Positions 58,720-64,000 of a stretch of 64,000 bases of DNA are shown here, in pieces. The notes under the pieces are model-generated. The model made no database searches and was not told the DNA's origin. It saw nothing but the letters and a program-made list of their open reading frames with translations. The stretch's first letter is position 1. Each line of letters starts with the position of its first letter. A program made the translations under genes and the position numbers. Origin of the DNA: Psammoneis japonica (lineage: Eukaryota); assembly GCA_008632985.1 (NCBI GenBank), contig QPGO01000013.1, positions 310,001 to 374,000 of the forward strand. Direction: 5' to 3'.

Positions 58720-59449
58720 CACATTGGAAGAGACTCTGTGCGTTCCTTTGTCAGTCCCAATGCCAGGCTGTGAGCTTCCAATGAACAATCGCGGAGATCC
58801 GTCGGTAGCAGACAGTTCACTGCAATACTCATGAGTGCTATGTTCTTGTTTCTCGCATTTTATGGAGGGACCATACAGCACTACTTAACACCGCAGCAAA
58901 CGGGGTTTAGAATTCACAGAAATGGCAACGAGTGCGAAAGACAAATGCAAAAATGATTGGTTCTACCGATGTCGGACCTTACTTTATGGTTTCCGTCGAT
59001 GCAGTTGCAAGTTCTATGGTGCTGAGATTCTTCCTTCAGGAACAGACAACAAGCGCGTTTCGCTGTCGCAAGCGCTCTACTAGCTCTAGACTGACGGCGT
59101 AGCATGCGCTGCTCCAGTAGATCGATTTTAGCAGGAAGACGTTACAAACCTTTATTTGAGGATGGGGCATGTATTGCAACTTCTATGTGGGTACATTCTC
59201 ATGCAGTGATTGGTTTTCATACATAAAAGGGTGGTCAGTCAAAAGCTCTTTATCAGATTATGGGCTGCTCAGATAAAAATGTAAATCATGTAAATGCATT
59301 CATGAATGGGACAAATCGTGGAACGAAAACGAAAGCTGTCAATTTCGCTACCACTTATGCATTCATCCTCGGGAGCAGGAATGGTCTTCACAGAGAAATA
59401 GAGTCATTCTAAGCAGTTCCTTGGCGCAGCACCAAACAAAATAGATTGG

Positions 59450-62400
59450 CTGCCGTGACATGTTCCTCTTGACTGACATCACAGCATCTCCATCATTAAA
59501 TGCAACATGAAGCATGGGGAATCCGGTTGCTGAGTCCTTCATCTTGCACATGACAACTGACACCACCCTCATGAGCAACCTTGGAGTTGTTGATCCAAAT
59601 TATTGGATTCTGCTGACACAGCTGGCAAATCATTGGCTGTCATCTTGCAGCCACCACCACTCATGGAATCATCAGGACTGGACAGACCATCCTTGCTCAG
59701 ACCTGGATGCAGACAAGTCACTTTGTCCACAGGCTCAAGGGAGCCATTCAGCAATGGCTCCAAGGGCACAGAGTCCTCAGCTGACAAATCCTTGGCCGGC
59801 ATTGCACCACCACCAGAATCCTCAGGACCAGAGAACATGCCCTTGCTCAGGCCTGGAGATGGACAAGAAAATGCCACTGTGCCCACAGACAACTCAGGTG
59901 AGCCACTCAGCAATGTCTCTGAGGGGGGCATGGAGTCCCCAGCTGGCAAAAAAGGCACTGCATTCAAAAACCTGGGCAGGGCACCAGACAAGAGCACAGA
60001 GTCATCAGCTGGCAAATCATCAGCCAGCAATTTGTCAGCTGGCAAATTTGCAGCTGGCATCTTGCCACCACTGAAACACTCAGAGGACCAGAGAACCCAC
60101 TCTTGCTCAGGCCCAGAGATGCACCTCAAGTCAAGGTTTAATTGACATGCAGCAATGAACAGCAACACCTCTTTTGACCCTTTTTATGCTGCATGGCCCT
60201 CATCCACTTTGCTTTCCCAGCACATGTGCTGACAAACAAAAAGTTCTTCAAGTCATCAAAGGTCCCCAATGCTGTTGTTGCCTCCAATGAGGAAGCATTT
60301 GCCCCTTGCAAGTCACATCCAGAAACATGCTTTAAGGGCTGAAATGATCACAAACGGCCTGAACAAATGATTGAAACACAAAAAGAAGTTGATTGAAAGC
60401 CTCTGCAGCTCCTGAAACAAATGCAGAATTGCCAGTTGCAGGTAAAAAGCATTGTCTCAGCACTTGTTCTTCAGACCAGACAGCATTTCTGGTTGGCTCA
60501 TTTGCTTGTTCTGATTGCTGAAAATAGAGATTTTTTATGCACAGCTCATTGAAAGCAACAACTGAGAGGCAGAGTGCAGCTCCATGTCCCCAAAGTGGTT
60601 GAGTTTCCTTGCCATGAACACCACATTTTTTTGTTGATCTACAAAGAAAGTTCTGCACAATGGAGCTCTTTTTTGTTCTTGAACATGTCAAAACAACCAG
60701 CACTTCATTTGCCCCCACTTCCAGGTTGATGACAGAGCACACATCTTCAAGAGTGTTTGAAATTCTTCAGAATGCCGATGAAAAAGAGGCAAGCTGGTCA
60801 ACCAGGTCAAGTTGTGTGGCAGGTGCAAGTGACAGTGATGTGTTGAGTCCTTGGAAGATCATGAAAAGGTTGCATTTGCACTGATTGCTCTCCTTCCTTT
60901 CCAGTTTTTAGACACACTTGCTGTTCTCACAAAACACACTTGTCACTCTCACAGTTTTGCCGAAGATGAACAAGAGGATGGAGAAGATGGTGGACAACAG
61001 AACAGTTGGAATTTCTGCCATCAACATGAAGGGGCAAATGGACTGACACACATTGCTCCAAGACACAAGGCACAGGCTCACCTTGAACCTTCAAGCATCA
61101 CACATGCTCTTTTTGTGTGGTGCTTGCCTCCAGAAAGTTGTTCAAGGCAACAGAAAGCATGCCAGCACTCATTGTCTGTTCCACAGAAATGAATTTTGGC
61201 ACAACTCATTGTGAGCCTGTGACAGCTTTGCAGGCCATTGGCACTTGGTGAACATTGAACACATGAAACAATGAGAAATGGGCCGCTCACAGTTGCAACA
61301 AGGAAATGGTGATGTTCTGCAATTGCCTCCTTCACAAAATTATGGCAATGCCACAAAAACCATTCATCAAGAAAGGAAAAAGCCATTTGGAACATTTTGC
61401 TGCATCAACGCAGCATTGCATCAGCTCCATTCTTGACAGGGACTGACACAGACTCCAGCACAACAAGCATCTACAAAGGTGACAACCTTGAAGTGGCTGT
61501 GGGTTGCTCTGTGTGATTTTATTTGTCCAATCATTGCACAACCCACAAGGAGGGAATGGGCCCAAGTCCTGATCTGGGCAAGAGAGTGCAAGCAGCAAAA
61601 CAAGATGAACAACAATGCAAGCTTCAAAGAAGTGAAGGCAGCTCAAATGATCTTGCCTCAGAGGAATTCACAACAACTTTGTGCTTCTGTCAGTCTTTTT
61701 ACAAGAATGTGAGCAGAGGTCAATGGCACTTTTTGGCTTTCCTGGTGGCATCTTGTTGGGTGTTGAAGAGACCAGAGACATTGATGGCTTTCCATCTTGA
61801 GAGAATCTTGGTTTGCTCTTGCTGCCATCACCAGACAAGCCATGTTGCCAGGGAGCATGTTCCATGACCCAGCAGTTGTCTTTTGTCCCCTCTTTGTCTC
61901 CTGACTTTCATTGGCCTGTTCTTGAATGACACCAGAGAAACTCTCTGCATGCTTGAACACTGTCCAGCTGGGTCACTTTGTGGCTTGACCACATCAGCCA
62001 CTGCCTTGTGGTGTGTCGACAACTCAGATGATCCTGCATCTTTGCTGCTGCTGCCAAAGTTGAACAGAAACAAGACCATTGAGCGTCCAGATAAAATGAC
62101 AAAATGACAGCAAGTGCAAAGAATGCCTGCAGACCTTGTGACAACTCTCTGCATTGCCTCCCAAAAGTTCTCTTCTGCATCAAGAAGCCAGTGCCATCAA
62201 CACACAGATTGAAGCCTGGCTTGACAAACATCAGCATCTTTCAGCTCAGGCAAACATGTGGCCCACATCAAGAGAAGATGCAAGCATGAAGCCCAAGCTT
62301 GCTTGAAGTGTTCACTCTTGTGACTGCAGCTTCATCCTCTCTCATTGCTCTTTTGGGCTTGCTTGCAGCAGTGTTGGGACCCCTTTCTTCACAAGATCTG

Positions 62401-64000
62401 CTGCCAAAGTGTTTCTCTCTTTGCAGGTTTTGGATTGCAAGATCTTTGCAGTGTTGCTTTTGTCTGAAAAATGTTGTTTCTCTTGCTCAGAGTTGAAATT
62501 TGCTGAACAACAAGTGTGCATTCTTGTCAAGTGCTCCTTGTCTGTGAGTGAACATTCTTCAACACTTGTTCCCTCAAGCAAAGCAGGAAATGACACTCAG
62601 AATAATTTGGTCTTGTGAAGCCTGTGATTTTGATGAGAAGAATGGTGCACTTGTTCAGAACCTCATGACAATTGATGAGGTGTCATCAATGATCATCAAC
62701 GGAGCATGTGAAGCAGGAAATGACACTCACTGAATTTCTTTGTGTGTGAGCACAAGAACAACTCTTGACAAGTGTTCATTCAGATGGCTCCCTTCTGCTC
62801 ACACATTGCAGCCAATGTCATGGTTGTTCATTGTCAATTTTTGTGTGGTTTTTACAATCAGATGACAGTTGTGGACCACATTTTAGAGCATCACTGTGCT
62901 GTTGGCAATTGACGCATGCTCTGATGGCATTGCTCTGCCACATGGCTTTTCCCATTTGTTGCCTTTTTCTTTGATTCTTTGCACTTCTTGCTCTTGCCTC
63001 AGTCTCTCTCTCTCTTTTTCTCTCCTTTTGGTGTTGCTTCTTGGCCAATGTGGCTTCTTTTTGTGTTCATGGCACAGTGTGCTTGACCAGCTGACCAGCC
63101 CCTTTCTGCATCTTGACATCAGCAACAGTGTTTCTGGCAAGAAAAGTGCAAAAAGGTGGTCAGCTTTGCCCTCACAATTTTGCCAGCAAGGGACAATGTT
63201 GTTGTTCTGACTCACCTGTGTTCAGCATTTTCTTTTGCTTTTGACAGCTGTCAGGTGCTTTCTTGTCAATTTGTCCTGAGTGCAAGAAAGAAAGCAATGA
63301 CCCAAGCATGAGTTTGAATGGCTTTTGCTGTTGCCGCCCATCTTGTGTGCTGCTGCTGTGCATCTCACCTCTTTTGTGCTTGTTCTTTGTTTTGGTGGCA
63401 CCATGTTGGCGGCTTTCTGTCATTTCCTTTCTGCCATTTTTTGTCCTTGTTGTTCACATTGACCAGCTGTGCATTGTTTTGTGTGCCATTGATGATCTCT
63501 TTTCACAGGTCCTGCCTTTCTCACCAAACTGGCTGGCCTTTCTCTCCATGGTTGCATCAATTTTCAGCAGATTTTTGTTTTGCAATCCTTTTCTCATGTG
63601 TGTTTTGATGTTTTCAATGATTTGAATCAACTTCAACAAATCACAAATTTTTTTTCTGCATTGTTGTTGACACAACTGAGTTCTTGTCAAGAACAAAATT
63701 TTCATGTTTGAGTGGTGCTGTGAGACCAAAATTTAAAGTTTTTGAATCTGATTCTGCAACTTGTTTTTCAAAATGGGACCCACATCTCACAACTGTCTGC
63801 ATTTCCGTTGCATTCATTGTTGTCTCATCATGGCACATCAAGGTCAGAGACATGGGCACAGGCCCACAGGGACAATGGGGAGGAGGTGGTTGAGGAGCTG
63901 CTTGAGGAGGTGGGCAACAAGAGTGGGGAAGAGGTGTGGGAAAGGATTGTGGGAAGGAGGTCAGCAGGGGGGAGGTGGCAGAGGTGGGCAAGCAATTTCT
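59450..64000. other. TpA- and CpG-depleted block 3 (runs off the right edge)
   Basis: Same TG/CA-rich composition; surviving TA is mostly in TTTA/TAAA/TTAG contexts. Confidence 0.88.
59618..60120. repeat. Degenerate tandem repeat, period about 160 bp
   Basis: Recurring cagctggcaaa, caccaccac..gaatc.tcaggac, cttgctcag.cctgga and gagcca.tcagcaatg segments. Confidence 0.6.

Noticed and set aside
59450..64000. Short ORFs in block 3
   Set aside because: Same stop-codon depletion artefact; no motif could be supported.

Overview
Eukaryotic nuclear DNA, most likely from a pennate diatom: short GT-AG introns, bipartite plastid-targeting presequences, diatom-type LRR and Pro/Ser-rich surface proteins, and a CoDi-like Ty1/copia element. 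The window alternates between two sharply different compartments. (1) Gene-dense DNA with ordinary composition (about 1-26.9 kb, 49.2-55.3 kb, 56.8-59.4 kb) holds about 15 genes, including a CSD-RRM protein, LRR protein, rhomboid, PRL phosphatase, mitochondrial carrier, 3R-MYB, SulP-STAS-cNMP transporter, fibrillin, tandem WH2-like protein, lumenal protein, ATG18-like protein and an SGNH/PC-esterase-like protein. Several are broken by 1-bp indels that look like assembly errors. (2) Repeat-like blocks (about 27.0-49.2 kb, 55.3-56.8 kb, 59.45-64 kb) in which TpA has been almost erased and replaced by TpG/CpA. The copia element at 27797-35186 gives the direction of change: conserved Tyr codons read Cys/His, and its two 169-bp LTRs differ only by transitions at pyrimidine-purine dinucleotides. 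The main candidate discovery is a repeat-targeted TpA A:T->G:C hypermutation process, opposite in polarity to fungal RIP and partly decoupled from CpG decay. A 446-bp TRIM-like mini-retroelement with a Pol III B-box/T-arm-like core is nested in the copia. All counts were made by eye; no searches were run.
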